Shown here: positions 38,404 through 48,279 of the stretch, piece after piece
Numbering within the stretch: position 1 is the stretch's first letter
Layout: each line of letters begins with the position of its first letter
Source: an uncultured Acidobacteriota bacterium
GTDB taxonomy: Bacteria > Acidobacteriota > Thermoanaerobaculia > UBA5066 > Gp7-AA6
Reading direction: 5' to 3'
NCBI GenBank assembly: GCA_963764715.1
Contig: CAVXTP010000012.1
Span: 1 to 64,000 of the forward strand
DNA: 64,000 nt
Translations under genes and position numbers: made by a program
The notes under the pieces: generated by a model
What the model was told of the DNA's origin: nothing
Seen by the model: only the letters and a program-made list of their open reading frames with translations
Database searches by the model: none

Positions 38404-38489
38404 GGGAGGGGACAAGCCCCTCCCCTACGGCCGGGGCGTGCGTGTCGGTTGAGGGTTCCCGTTCGTAGGGGCGGCCCTCGTGGCCGACC
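38404..38489. repeat. GTAG-type REP doublet
   Basis: GGGAGGGGACAAGCCCCTCCCCTAC ... GTAGGGGCGGCCCTCGTGGCCGACC. Confidence 0.85.
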
Positions 38490-38519
38490 ACCTCAGCCCC
38501 GCGAACGGGGTGGTGAGAC

Positions 38520-39428
38520 TTACCCTGCAGCCCTCGCGCGCAGCCGCTCCGCCATCTGCCGCACGGCCTCGGGCGTCGCGCGGCGGCGGAACTGCGAGGG
38601 CGTCACTCCGAACGCGGTCCGGAAGCGCGCCGTGAACTGGCTGTGGCTCGAGAACCCGAGCGACGCGGCCATGGCGCTCAGGTCCGTCTGTCCCGCCTCC
38701 AGGAGCGCGAGCGCGCGCCGCAGCCGCTGCTCGGTCAGATACCCGTGCAGCGTGTAGCCCGTCCGCCGCCGGAAGACCCGGCACGTGTGGAACGCCGACA
38801 CGCCCACGACCTTCGCGATCGACGAAACCGTCCAGGGCTGGTCGGGCCGGCTCGACAGGAGCTCACGGACGCTCCGGACGACGCGGTCGTGCCGGGGCGT
38901 CGCCACCGTCCTCCGCGCCTCGGCGGAAGGCGCGAGCGCGAGAAGGCCCAGTACCTCGAGCAGCGTCTCCTCCACCCACAGCTCGTCCGGCGGCGTCCAT
39001 TCCCCGACGTGCCGCGCGACGAGGCGAACGAGCGCCGCGGCCCGCCGGTCGAACGGAACGAACGGCACGGCGAACGGCCGCCGCGGATCGCGCCCGAGCC
39101 GCGGGTTCGCGCCGAGGAGCAGCTCCGGATCGACCGACACCCACTCGCAGTGATCGCCGCGGCGATCCACGCGGAACCGCCGGTACGGATGCCGCGGGTT
39201 GTGCAGCACCGCGACCGTGCCGTCGGAGACGAACGGGTCCCGCTTCGCCTGCACGATGCCGACCGACGAGCGCGAGAACGCGATCGCCGGCCGGTCGCCG
39301 ATCGCGCCCGCCGTCTCGAAGTCCTCGCTCTCGGGCGAGGCGTCGAAGCTCCCGAGCGTCATCGACGGACTGCTCCAGAGGAGCCGCTCGTACGGTCCGA
39401 GAGAGGGCCCGGTCGCGATCGCTTCCAC
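38520..39428 (-). CDS. AraC family transcriptional regulator
   Basis: SAFHTCRVFRRRTG...LGFSSHSQFTARFRTAFGVTPSQFR. Confidence 0.9.
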   Translation of the reverse strand: MEAIATGPSLGPYERLLWSSPSMTLGSFDASPESEDFETAGAIGDRPAIAFSRSSVGIVQAKRDPFVSDGTVAVLHNPRHPYRRFRVDRRGDHCEWVSVDPELLLGANPRLGRDPRRPFAVPFVPFDRRAAALVRLVARHVGEWTPPDELWVEETLLEVLGLLALAPSAEARRTVATPRHDRVVRSVRELLSSRPDQPWTVSSIAKVVGVSAFHTCRVFRRRTGYTLHGYLTEQRLRRALALLEAGQTDLSAMAASLGFSSHSQFTARFRTAFGVTPSQFRRRATPEAVRQMAERLRARAAG

Positions 39429-39456
39429 GGGGACATGGTAGCCGAGAGGCGGAACC

Positions 39457-39539
39457 GGGCGGCCACGAGGGCCGCCCCTACGTACCGGGGCCCCGGTTCG
39501 AACGGCCGGTATTCGTAGGGGAGGGGCTTGTCCCCTCCC
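39457..39539. repeat. GTAG-type REP doublet, inverted counterpart of 38404-38489
   Basis: GGGCGGCCACGAGGGCCGCCCCTAC ... GTAGGGGAGGGGCTTGTCCCCTCCC. Confidence 0.85.
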
Positions 39540-39638
39540 GGAGTCGCCGGAAGCAGGCTCACGGGTTCCGCTGCCCCGGATCTTCGGCAAAACCACGGAA
39601 CCACGAGGCCGTAAGAGGGACGACTTCGGAGGTCGAAA

Positions 39639-41354
39639 GTGAGCAAGAAGCTGATAGTCGTCCCGTGCCTCGCCGTTCTCGCCGCGGGCCTCGCGCTCGC
39701 GACGAATCAGACCCAGAACGCCCCGGACAACGCCCGGCAGGTCGCGGCGGCCGCCGGGATGATCGGCAAGGGCGACTTCGCCGGGGCGTCGGCCGCCCTC
39801 GAGACGGTCGTCGCGAACGATCCGGGCAACAAGCTCGCCTTCCGCTACCTCGGCTTCGCGTACCTCAAGCAGAAGAAGTACGCCGAGGCGCGCGCCGCCT
39901 ACGCCAAGCTCCTCGCTCTCGTCCCCGACGCCCCGCAGGCGCTCTACAACACCGGCGTCTCGTATGCCCTCGAGGGCAACAAGGACGCCGCGTTCGAGTG
40001 GCTCGGCAAGGCGAAGGCAACCGGGAAGATCGACATGACGCAGATCCAGGTCGACGACGACCTGAAGCCTCTCGCCTCCGACCCCCGCTTCGCCGCGCTC
40101 CTGCCCAAGCCCGAGGACTTCGCCAACCCCTTCGTCGCCTCCGAGAACGTCAGGCTCATCCGGGAGTGGGACGGCGAGACGACCGGCGACCAGTTCGGCT
40201 GGATCGCGCGAAGCCTCGGCGACGTCGACGGCGACGGTGTCGCGGACTTCGTCACCTCCGCGCCCGGCTGGGCCGGGACCGGCAAGGACGCCGGCCGCGT
40301 CTACGTCTACTCGACGAAGACGGGCAAGCTCCTCTGGAAGGTCGACGGCGCCCCCGCGGAGGAGCTCGGCACCGGCGTCGAGCTCGCGGGCGACGCGAAC
40401 AGGGACGGCGTCCCCGACGTCGTCGCCGGCGCGCCGGGCGGCGGCAAGAGCTACATCTACTCGGGCAAGGACGGCCGCGTCCTCCAGACCCTGACGGCCG
40501 AGGCGAAGACCGACACCTTCGGCCGCCACGTCACCTTCGCCGGCGACGTGAACCACGACGGCTACGACGACGTCCTCATCGGCGCGCCGGGCAACGCCGC
40601 CGGCGGCAAGGACGCCGGCCGCGCGTACGTCTACTCGGGCAAGGACGGCCGCAAGCTCATGACCTGGACGGGCGAGCGCGAGGGCGACAACTTTGGCTCG
40701 ACCGTCGGCGGCTACACGCGCGGCAAGGTCACGTTCCTCATGGTCGGCGCCCCCGCCGCGGGCCCGAAGAAGACCGGGCGCGTCTACGTCTACGACGGCC
40801 TCGTCGAGAAGCCCCGCTTCGTCCTCGAGTCCGACGACACCGGAAGGGCTTTCGGCTACATGTTCATGTCCATCCCCGGCGACCTCGACGGCGACGGCGT
40901 CCCCGACCTCTACGCGACCGACTTCGCCAACACCGCGAAGGGCCCCTCGACCGGCCGCGCCTACGCCTTCTCGGGCAAGACCGGCCGGAACCTCTTCACC
41001 TTCACCGGCGAAACGGCGGGCGAGGGGTTCGGCATCGGTCCCGGCCCGGCGGGCGACGTCGACGGCGACGGCAGGCCCGACCTCGTCATCGGCGCCTGGC
41101 AGTACGCCGGCGCGGCCGTGTCCGGGGGACGGACGTACCTCTACTCGGGGAAGGACGGGAAGCTGCTGAAGACCTACACCTGCCGCATCCCCGGCGACAC
41201 CTTCGGCTTCGACGCCGTCGGCATGGGCGACACCGACGGCGACGGCACCGTCGACTTGCTCGTCACGTCGGCCTGGAGCGGCATCAAGGGCAACCACTCG
41301 GGCCGGGTGCTGCTCATCTCGAGCGGCGTGACGCGGACCGCGAAGGCCCCGTAA
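39639..41354 (+). CDS. secreted TPR + FG-GAP (integrin-like) repeat protein
   Basis: signal peptide, TPRs, repeated FG...GDxDGDGxxD...GAP...GRxYVYSG. Confidence 0.9.
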   Translation: MSKKLIVVPCLAVLAAGLALATNQTQNAPDNARQVAAAAGMIGKGDFAGASAALETVVANDPGNKLAFRYLGFAYLKQKKYAEARAAYAKLLALVPDAPQALYNTGVSYALEGNKDAAFEWLGKAKATGKIDMTQIQVDDDLKPLASDPRFAALLPKPEDFANPFVASENVRLIREWDGETTGDQFGWIARSLGDVDGDGVADFVTSAPGWAGTGKDAGRVYVYSTKTGKLLWKVDGAPAEELGTGVELAGDANRDGVPDVVAGAPGGGKSYIYSGKDGRVLQTLTAEAKTDTFGRHVTFAGDVNHDGYDDVLIGAPGNAAGGKDAGRAYVYSGKDGRKLMTWTGEREGDNFGSTVGGYTRGKVTFLMVGAPAAGPKKTGRVYVYDGLVEKPRFVLESDDTGRAFGYMFMSIPGDLDGDGVPDLYATDFANTAKGPSTGRAYAFSGKTGRNLFTFTGETAGEGFGIGPGPAGDVDGDGRPDLVIGAWQYAGAAVSGGRTYLYSGKDGKLLKTYTCRIPGDTFGFDAVGMGDTDGDGTVDLLVTSAWSGIKGNHSGRVLLISSGVTRTAKAP

Positions 41355-41406
41355 TCACGAGAAGGCCTCTCCGAGCGGTCTATGGCTCGTCTTTACGACC
41401 CGCGTG

Positions 41407-41703
41407 TCATCTCCCCGCGCCGACCCAGCTTCTCGCCATCGCGGCGAGCCGCGGCCCTTCGTCGGGCCAGTCGTGCAGCGTCGCCGGATCGAAGTCCGCG
41501 CCGTTCGGCCAGACCAGCGTCCGGCTCTCCTCGTCGAGCCTGACCTGGTCGAAGACGCGCGGATCCGCGAGGGGACCGAAGATCTCACCGGCCAGCACGG
41601 GACGAAAGTCCACCACCTGAGCCGTCCCGTCCTCGAAGCGAACGCGGAGGGTGAAGGGGGCGACCTTCTCAAAGCCGGTAACTTCGTGGATGGCGTGGGT
41701 CAA
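41407..41703 (-). CDS. DUF2442 family protein (putative antitoxin)
   Basis: LRVRFEDG...F..V.LD...LVWPNGADFDPATL. Confidence 0.85.
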   Translation of the reverse strand: MTHAIHEVTGFEKVAPFTLRVRFEDGTAQVVDFRPVLAGEIFGPLADPRVFDQVRLDEESRTLVWPNGADFDPATLHDWPDEGPRLAAMARSWVGAGR

Positions 41704-41708
41704 GTCGG

Positions 41709-41978
41709 CTACCTCAGAGGCTCAATCTTAGACGGCACGCCGCCGGCCTGCAAAATCCGCCAGTCCTCGAGAAGCTCTGGCTGGTGAATCTCGGACCATG
41801 CGATGACGAGGCGCTCCTGTCGGGCAGGCAGGCTTCCGCCGACCCTTTCGATCGTATCCACCGCGAAGACCGCCACCCTGTCCTGGTAATAGGCATGGAA
41901 GTGCGGCCGGTGATGCGGGCTACCGGGCTCCACAAACATCCGGACGACGATTCCGAAGAAGCGACTGATCTCAGGCAT
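41709..41978 (-). CDS. DUF4160 family protein (putative toxin)
   Basis: MPEISRFFGIVVRM...HHRPHFHAYY...W...HQPELLEDW...IEPL. Confidence 0.88.
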   Translation of the reverse strand: MPEISRFFGIVVRMFVEPGSPHHRPHFHAYYQDRVAVFAVDTIERVGGSLPARQERLVIAWSEIHQPELLEDWRILQAGGVPSKIEPLR

Positions 41979-42116
41979 CCGACGCATCGTCAACGCTCGG
42001 GTCGGACAGTTGAAGACTGGGCACCCCGTGAATGGGCCGCGGGTCACCGGCGACCCGGCCGTACGCCGCGTCCAGCGCACCTCGGCTCCTCGTCCTGCCC
42101 ACTTCGGCCATGGTCC

Positions 42117-42141
42117 GTAGGGGCGGGGCTTGCCCCCGCCC
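42117..42141 (+). repeat. single GTAG-type REP
   Basis: GTAGGGGCGGGGCTTGCCCCCGCCC. Confidence 0.8.
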
Positions 42142-42251
42142 CCTCTCCCGACCGAACCCGCGTGCCCGCCGCTCGACTCCGCCGGGCGGCCCCTCATGGC
42201 GCGTACCTTGCTCCTTTTCCCTGAGGGCGCGTTGCCCGAGGAGGAAAGGCC

Positions 42252-42452
42252 ATGAGATGGATGGGCATCTATCTGCTCGGGTACGGCATGCTCGTCGCCG
42301 CCGGCCTGCTGGCGCTCTGGAAGACCGGCGCCCTGGCGACGATCCAGCCGATCTGGCTCGGAATCGGACAGCTCGCCGCGATCGGGATCGGGATCATGAT
42401 CGCCGTCGGCAACAGCGGGAAGAAGGAGACGATCGAGGTCAATCGAGGCTGA
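42252..42452 (+). CDS. small two-TM membrane protein
   Basis: GAGGA RBS, two hydrophobic segments. Confidence 0.7.
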   Translation: MRWMGIYLLGYGMLVAAGLLALWKTGALATIQPIWLGIGQLAAIGIGIMIAVGNSGKKETIEVNRG

Positions 42453-42683
42453 AGCGGCGCCTCTCCTGAAGTCCCGGCCGCCCCCCGTCGGCGCGATTCG
42501 TGCATACGCCGGACACTGGTGCAACCACGCTCGGCCGGGGAGTCGCCCCGGATGTCACGTTCCTGTGCGAGGGGACTTCTCGTCTCGCCCGTGCCGGAAG
42601 TTCGCCCCCCGGCCCGCGCACCTCCTCCGCTTACCCACCACTCGGTCTCCAGCGTTTCGTTTTCTCTAAACGGAGGATTCCCA

Positions 42684-44474
42684 ATGCAATCAGCTCCCGC
42701 AAAGCGGCCGGTGCCGTTCTGGCTCCCTCTGGCAGCTCTCTCGATGCTCCTCACGGCGGCGGCCATGTCCGCCGCGACCCCTGCCGGCCCCAAACGCATG
42801 CCGCCGCTCAAGCCGGTCTTCACCGAGCCCGCGGCCTTCGACGTCTCGCAACCTCTGCGGACCCTGGCCGCGGCGCAGCGCAAAGGCCTGCAAGTCCCGT
42901 CCGAGGAGGAACGAGAGATCCGTCCCGAGCCGGTGGTTCCCGTCCAGGACAGGGGCTACTCCGGGGACGGGGCTCTTCAGCCCGCCGCCGGGCCCACGCT
43001 CGCGGCCATCCCCTCACCGCTGGCCAACTTCGAGGGTCTCAGCAACAACGACAACTTCGCCATCTTCGGCGGCCGCGTCAACCCGCCCGATCCCGTCGGC
43101 GCCGTCGGCCCGAGCCACTACGTCGAAATGATCAACCTGCTCTTCGCCGTCTACGACAAGAGCGGCAACCTGCTCGCGGGTCCGACCGACACCGGCACGC
43201 TCTGGTCCGGCTTCGCGGTTCCCGACTGCACCGATCCCTCGGGCGACCCGATCGTGCTCTACGACAAGCTCGAGAACCGCTGGCTCCTGTCCCAGTTCAC
43301 GACGCGCGGCCTCGACGACCCGACGCTTCCCTTCTACAACTGCGTCGCGATCTCCGTGACCGGGGACCCCACCGGCGCCTACTACCGGTACGCCTTCGAG
43401 ACGACGTTCGACGGGCTCTTCTATTTCCCGGACTACCCCAAGTACGGCAACTGGAAGAAGTCCTACGTCCTGACGTCGCGCGACTTCGGACCGACCGTCG
43501 AATACGGCATCAGCGTCTACGCCCTCGAGAAGAACCGGATGATCGCCGGCGACCCCAAGGCGCGGATGGTCCACTTCTTCCTCAACTCGGACGTCATTGA
43601 CCTCAATCTCATGGGCGACGGTCTGCTTCCCGCCGACATCGACGGCACGCGACAGCCCAAAGAGGACGCGGCCATACCGATCGTCGGCACCCAGGACGAC
43701 GGCGGCGGGTACGGCGCGACGTCGGATGCCTTGAACATCTGGGACCTCAAGATCCACTGGCAGGCCAAGCCGACGGCGTCGCTCACCCTGGCCGCGCAGC
43801 TTCCCGTCGCGAGCTTCGACTCGATCTTCCCCTGCGCGCCCACGTCCCGAGACTGCCTCCCGCAGCCGGGCATCGTGAACCCGACGCAGTTCCTCGACAT
43901 TCTTTCCTACCGGCAGCGTCCGACCTGGCGCCTCGCCTACCGCAACTTCGGCGGCTACGAGGCGATGGTGACGAACCAGTCGGTCGAAGCGCTCCCGGGA
44001 GTCGCCGGCATCCGCTGGTACGAGATCCGGCGGGTCAACGGAACGTACTCGCTCTACCAGCAGGGCACCTACGCGCCCGGCGACGGCGTCCATCGCTGGA
44101 TGGGCTCGATCGCGCAGGACCGCAACGGCAACGCCGCCCTGGGCTACAGCGTCGTCAACGGAGTCGACGTCTTCCCGGGCATCCGCTACACGGGCCGCCT
44201 GGCGGGCGATCCGCTCGGACAGCTGCCCCTCGGCGAGGCGACGATCATCAACGGCAGCGGCGTCCAGACGACGACCAACTCCCGCTGGGGCGACTACACC
44301 TCGATGAACGTCGACCCCTCCGACGACTGCACGTTCTGGTACGTCAACGAGTACTACACCGCGGCCGGACAGGCCTCGTCGGCGGCCGGCTGGCAGACGC
44401 GCATCGGCAGCTTCAAGCTTCCCGGCTGCGCGGCGCCGGCTCTGACGAGCGCGACGCCGAAGTCGCAGAAGTAG
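42684..44474 (+). CDS. secreted hypothetical protein (PPD-GAVG / RWGDY family)
   Basis: GGAGG RBS, signal peptide, PPDPVGAVGPSHYV, GDPIVLYD, FPDYPK, RWMGSIA, RWGDY. Confidence 0.8.
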   Translation: MQSAPAKRPVPFWLPLAALSMLLTAAAMSAATPAGPKRMPPLKPVFTEPAAFDVSQPLRTLAAAQRKGLQVPSEEEREIRPEPVVPVQDRGYSGDGALQPAAGPTLAAIPSPLANFEGLSNNDNFAIFGGRVNPPDPVGAVGPSHYVEMINLLFAVYDKSGNLLAGPTDTGTLWSGFAVPDCTDPSGDPIVLYDKLENRWLLSQFTTRGLDDPTLPFYNCVAISVTGDPTGAYYRYAFETTFDGLFYFPDYPKYGNWKKSYVLTSRDFGPTVEYGISVYALEKNRMIAGDPKARMVHFFLNSDVIDLNLMGDGLLPADIDGTRQPKEDAAIPIVGTQDDGGGYGATSDALNIWDLKIHWQAKPTASLTLAAQLPVASFDSIFPCAPTSRDCLPQPGIVNPTQFLDILSYRQRPTWRLAYRNFGGYEAMVTNQSVEALPGVAGIRWYEIRRVNGTYSLYQQGTYAPGDGVHRWMGSIAQDRNGNAALGYSVVNGVDVFPGIRYTGRLAGDPLGQLPLGEATIINGSGVQTTTNSRWGDYTSMNVDPSDDCTFWYVNEYYTAAGQASSAAGWQTRIGSFKLPGCAAPALTSATPKSQK

Positions 44475-44609
44475 GCATCGGTCGCGATTTTCACGGGCCG
44501 GCGCATGGCGTTGCGACGCCGCGCCGGCCCGAGTTGTCTCGGAGGACGCCTCGGCGATTCGTGCCCTCTCGGTTCGACGGGTCGCTGCTCGCCTCCTCTC
44601 TCCCCGTTC

Positions 44610-44634
44610 GTAGGGGCGGGGCTCGCCCCCGCCC
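44610..44634 (+). repeat. single GTAG-type REP
   Basis: GTAGGGGCGGGGCTCGCCCCCGCCC. Confidence 0.8.
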
Positions 44635-44699
44635 GCTCTCCAGGGCGCTCGACCGTGCGTCCGCTCGATTCGCGCCGCTCGGCGAGTCGGCGTCCCGAG

Positions 44700-45029
44700 T
44701 CAGCCGTCGCAGCCCAGGACAAACGCGAGCGCGGCGCAGACCTCACGCATCCGGCGAGGCTCGAGCTCGCCCACCCTGCGGCCGAGGTTCTGCTGGCTGA
44801 CCGTCATCACGTTGTGGAGGTTAACGGCGCACGGGTGCTTCATCCCGTCCTCCGGTCCCAGTACGACTTCCGAGGGCACTCCTCGGATCGTCGACGTGAT
44901 CGGAGCCACAGTCGCGCGCGAGAGATACGGGAGCGCGCTCGAACGCGTCAGGATGAGCACCGGCCGCTCCTTGTCGGGCGCCGGAAACCGGTGCAGGCGG
45001 ATCTCCCCCCGCTCTATTCGTCCGGCCAA
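44700..45029 (-). CDS. mazF: PemK/MazF family toxin
   Basis: RGEI...KERPVLILT...VAPITSTIRG; overlaps the antitoxin 3' end. Confidence 0.88.
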   Translation of the reverse strand: MAGRIERGEIRLHRFPAPDKERPVLILTRSSALPYLSRATVAPITSTIRGVPSEVVLGPEDGMKHPCAVNLHNVMTVSQQNLGRRVGELEPRRMREVCAALAFVLGCDG

Positions 45030-45247
45030 TCCGCGACCTGATCCCAGACGCCCGGCCGATCGAGGAGGTCCGGGTAACGCTCGTAGCCTTCCCGGTCCCG
45101 CTTCTCGCGCTCGGAGGCATCGATTCGCTTCAGGTGCGCTCGGAGCGCGTCGCGAAAGAGCGCCGACCGATTGGTTTTGAGCTTCCGTGCGGCTCGATCG
45201 GCGGCCTTGAGGAGATCCTCCTCGAGAACCACCTGGATCGTTTCCAT
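45014..45247 (-). CDS. ribbon-helix-helix antitoxin
   Basis: METIQVVLEEDLL...NRSALFRDALR; directly upstream of the toxin. Confidence 0.85.
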   Translation of the reverse strand: METIQVVLEEDLLKAADRAARKLKTNRSALFRDALRAHLKRIDASEREKRDREGYERYPDLLDRPGVWDQVADWPDE

Positions 45248-45284
45248 GGTGTGGACTCTACTCCACACCGGAATCAACAGTCAA
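45248..45284 (-). promoter_or_regulatory. sigma70-type leaderless promoter with operator palindrome
   Basis: TTGACT-18 nt-TAGAGT-7 nt-ATG; inverted repeat GGTGTGGA/TCCACACC straddles the -10. Confidence 0.7.
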
Positions 45285-45292
45285 CCGGGTAC

Positions 45293-45317
45293 GTAGGGTC
45301 GGCCCTTGCGGCCGCCC
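45293..45317 (+). repeat. single GTAG-type REP
   Basis: GTAGGGTCGGCCCTTGCGGCCGCCC. Confidence 0.75.
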
Positions 45318-45335
45318 TCCCACGCCGAGCCGGTC

Positions 45336-45827
45336 CTAGTTCGCCTTCGGCGCCTCCACCAGCTTCAGGTCGAACGGTCCGACACTCTCGATGAAGAGCA
45401 GGCACTCCGACGCCTTGTCGCAGGCGGAGATGTGCTTGTAGCTTCCGCCCGGCTGAAACACGTAGGAGCCCGGCCCCATCCGCATCTCGGCCCTTCCTTC
45501 GGGAGTCTGGATGTAAGTGCCCGAGACGACGACGATCTTGATGGCGCTCGTGTGGGTGTGGAGCGGGGCCAGAAAGCCTGCCGGGAACTTGAGGAACGAG
45601 CCGTATCCGCTCTTTGTATGGTCGCCCCAGACATCCGCGATCTTGACTCCCGGGGCACCCTTGGGATCCAGATCTCCCCACTTGAGATCGCCCGGTGAGT
45701 CGAAGACGGGCGCCGCGGCCTTGCCGGCCGTGTGCGCCTTCGCTTTCGACTCTGCGGGTTGCTGCGCGAAAACCGCCGCTGCCAGAACCAACGAAGCTGC
45801 AGACGCGAGGAGACGCTTCGGCATCAT
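45336..45827 (-). CDS. secreted cupin-domain protein (DUF4437-like)
   Basis: AAGGAGG RBS, signal peptide, KFPAGF..PLHTH...GSYVFQPGG..H. Confidence 0.8.
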   Translation of the reverse strand: MMPKRLLASAASLVLAAAVFAQQPAESKAKAHTAGKAAAPVFDSPGDLKWGDLDPKGAPGVKIADVWGDHTKSGYGSFLKFPAGFLAPLHTHTSAIKIVVVSGTYIQTPEGRAEMRMGPGSYVFQPGGSYKHISACDKASECLLFIESVGPFDLKLVEAPKAN

Positions 45828-45915
45828 CGAGACCTCCTTCTCTTGCGTACCTCCATCAACCCATCAGCGGCCTTGCCCGGCCTGCGCCGGGCACAGCCGC
45901 TTCGCGAACGCCTCC

Positions 45916-47037
45916 CTAAAAGCTGATCTTCAGAATCCGCCCGTCCGTCCCGACCAGCCAACCCGCCTCGGGGCTGGCGAACGCCACCGCCCAGTAGTTC
46001 GCGACCCCATCGAGCAGGTACCACGTGTCACCCTCGTCGGGAGTCCACGCCGCACCGCCGGGCCCCGTGGCCACGACGGTCTTGTTGTGAGAGCCGCCGC
46101 CGTGATCATCGTCCCCGTCGTTCTCGTTCCCCTGGGGCTTCCCCGCGTAGCTCAAACCGAAGATCGCGCCCGGAATCGGAGCATTGGTCGCGAGCTGCCA
46201 GGTCTTCCCGCCGTCCTTCGATCGGGCGAAGTTGTCGATCACCTCGGTCCCGAGGAAATCTCCGCCCCCGAGCACGCCGTGCCTGGGGTTGCGAAAGTCG
46301 ACGCTGAAGGCACCCGCGGCTCCCGTGGCGTTGGCGGCGATCGGAGTGGGGTACGCATTCCAGGTTTGCCCCTGGTCCGTCGTCGCAAGGATGCGTGACT
46401 CCGTCGTGCTCCCCGTGGCGATCCATGCCCACCGCTTGCCGGCCGTCGCCACGCACGTGCCGCTCGCCGCGAACGCGTACTCGCCGCCCGGCAGCGGCGC
46501 GGGCAGGTTGTCCCCGATGTCCTGCCAGGTCTCGCCGTCCAGAGTCCGGATGACGGGGAACCGGTCGTTCACGGAGTCGCCCATAGTGAGGCCCGTGGTG
46601 GGAGTCCAGAAGGCGAAACAGTCGTAGAAACCGTTCGGGTCCGTGTTCTGGAACTGGATCGACCAGGTCGCTCCCCCGTCCTCCGTCTTGTAGATCCGCG
46701 AATCCGTTCCGACGCCGGCCGAAAGCAGGTAGGCGACTTCGGCGCTGACCCCCTCGACGTCGCGGAACTGCAGGGTCTCGGCCCCCGGAACCACGTGCGA
46801 GACCCAGGTCGCTCCGCCGTCCGTCGTGAGCGCGTACGTCCCGTCGACGCCGCTCGCCCAGACCACCTGCGAGTTGACGGGGCTGACCGCCTGGAGCCGG
46901 CTCGTGGTTCCACTCGCCTGCGGGGTCAGAGTGGGACCCGGCTGAGGTTTCGGGGCGCCCAGCACCGCACCCGCGAGCAGCAGGCCGGGGACACCGACTC
47001 GGATCCCGCGCGAGACTCTCTTCCATCGTCCGTTCAT
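45916..47037 (-). CDS. secreted BNR/Asp-box beta-propeller protein (YCF48-like)
   Basis: GGGAGG RBS, repeated T.DGG.TW Asp boxes. Confidence 0.85.
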   Translation of the reverse strand: MNGRWKRVSRGIRVGVPGLLLAGAVLGAPKPQPGPTLTPQASGTTSRLQAVSPVNSQVVWASGVDGTYALTTDGGATWVSHVVPGAETLQFRDVEGVSAEVAYLLSAGVGTDSRIYKTEDGGATWSIQFQNTDPNGFYDCFAFWTPTTGLTMGDSVNDRFPVIRTLDGETWQDIGDNLPAPLPGGEYAFAASGTCVATAGKRWAWIATGSTTESRILATTDQGQTWNAYPTPIAANATGAAGAFSVDFRNPRHGVLGGGDFLGTEVIDNFARSKDGGKTWQLATNAPIPGAIFGLSYAGKPQGNENDGDDDHGGGSHNKTVVATGPGGAAWTPDEGDTWYLLDGVANYWAVAFASPEAGWLVGTDGRILKISF

Positions 47038-47173
47038 GATTCCTCCCTTGTTAAAGACCTGGGCCCCGCGCGCGACGTGAGCACGCGACGCCCACCAAAA
47101 AAGACTCCGGGTCGAGCTTACCGCCCGCGAAGGGCCAAAAGGGCGGCGAGTTTCCGTTTCGTGCGGCCGATTT

Positions 47174-48147
47174 CTAGCGCGTGCCGGCCGCTGCGTCACC
47201 GGCCCGCGGCGCGGGAAGCCGGATGACGGTCGAAGCCCAGCTCCCGTGGAGCGGCGGATAGCGGGCATCGGCCAGCTCGACGCGGGCGCCGCCGTCCGCC
47301 TCGCGCTCCACGCGGAAGATCGGAAAGCGGGACCACGACAGAAACTTCCGCCCCTGCTCCGTCTCCGCCGCCGCGCGCGCGAGCGGATCTTCCGCGCCCT
47401 TCGCGAACGTCCCCGCGCGCGACCTCGACCGCCGGCCGGGGCAGGAACTCGACGGAGCCGTAGCGGTACTCGTCGCCGAAGTCGAGCAGGAGCTGGCGCC
47501 GGAAGGGATTGAACGGCACCGGCCCCACCATGCGCCGCTCCGAGCCCGCGACGATCCGGGCGGCGGCCACCCTTCCGACGACGCCGGACAGCATCATCGA
47601 CACCGCGTACGCGGCCGTCACGACGAGCGCGACCCGCGCCGGCTTCTCCGGGTTGGGAGAGAGCCCGCCGCGCGCGGCGGATCGAGAGAAACACGCCCAC
47701 GGCAAGCGCGATCCAGACCCACGGGTCCACGATGAAGAGCGCGTCCCCGTAGAACCACCTCCAGGAGAACGGCGCCAGGAACCGCACGCCGTAGGTGTTG
47801 AGAAAGTCGAGCAGCGGGTGCGACAGCACCCCGAGCGCGGACAGGACCAGCAGCGGTCCCCACCGGGCGGCCGGCCGCTCCGGCCGCAGCCGACGACGCA
47901 CGAGGCGATCGAACGCGAGCATCGCCCCGGCCAGGACCACCGGCAGCACCGCCATCGCGAGGATCCCGTGCGTCCAGCCCCGCCGGAACGCCAGCGCATC
48001 GACATCGCTCCCGAAGACGTAGGCAAACGCATCGACGTCGGGCAGATTCGCCCCGATCATGACGGTCGCCGCGGCGAGCGGCGTCCTTCGGAACGGCCCG
48101 GCCTGCGCGATGGCCGCGCCCGCGAGCGTGTGGCAGAGGTTATCCAG
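47174..48147 (-). pseudogene. membrane metal-dependent hydrolase (YdjM-like), two +1 frameshifts (possibly sequencing errors)
   Basis: DNLCHTL, ANLPDVD, RGWTHG, SHPLLDFLNTYG; C-terminal FLSWSRFP...DARY is recovered by removing one base at 47655-47657 and one at 47411-47414. Confidence 0.78.
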
Positions 48148-48279
48148 CGGGTCGGCCTCCTTGCGGGGCGCATTTCAGCACACGCGGCGCCCGGCGCCAT
48201 AATCTCGTCCTACCCTGGCCGGCGACCGCCTTGCACCCGCGGGTCAGGCGTCGGCAGCGACGGTGCTAAAGTTGAGCAC

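Noticed and set aside
38520-41297. 925-aa ORF ending in an AraC domain
   Set aside because: The upstream part is antisense to the FG-GAP gene and crosses REPs; only 38520-39428 is credible
45916-48060. Apparent hydrolase-propeller fusion (714 aa)
   Set aside because: Artefact of frameshifts; the propeller gene has its own RBS and ATG at 47037, and the hydrolase ends at 47174 once corrected
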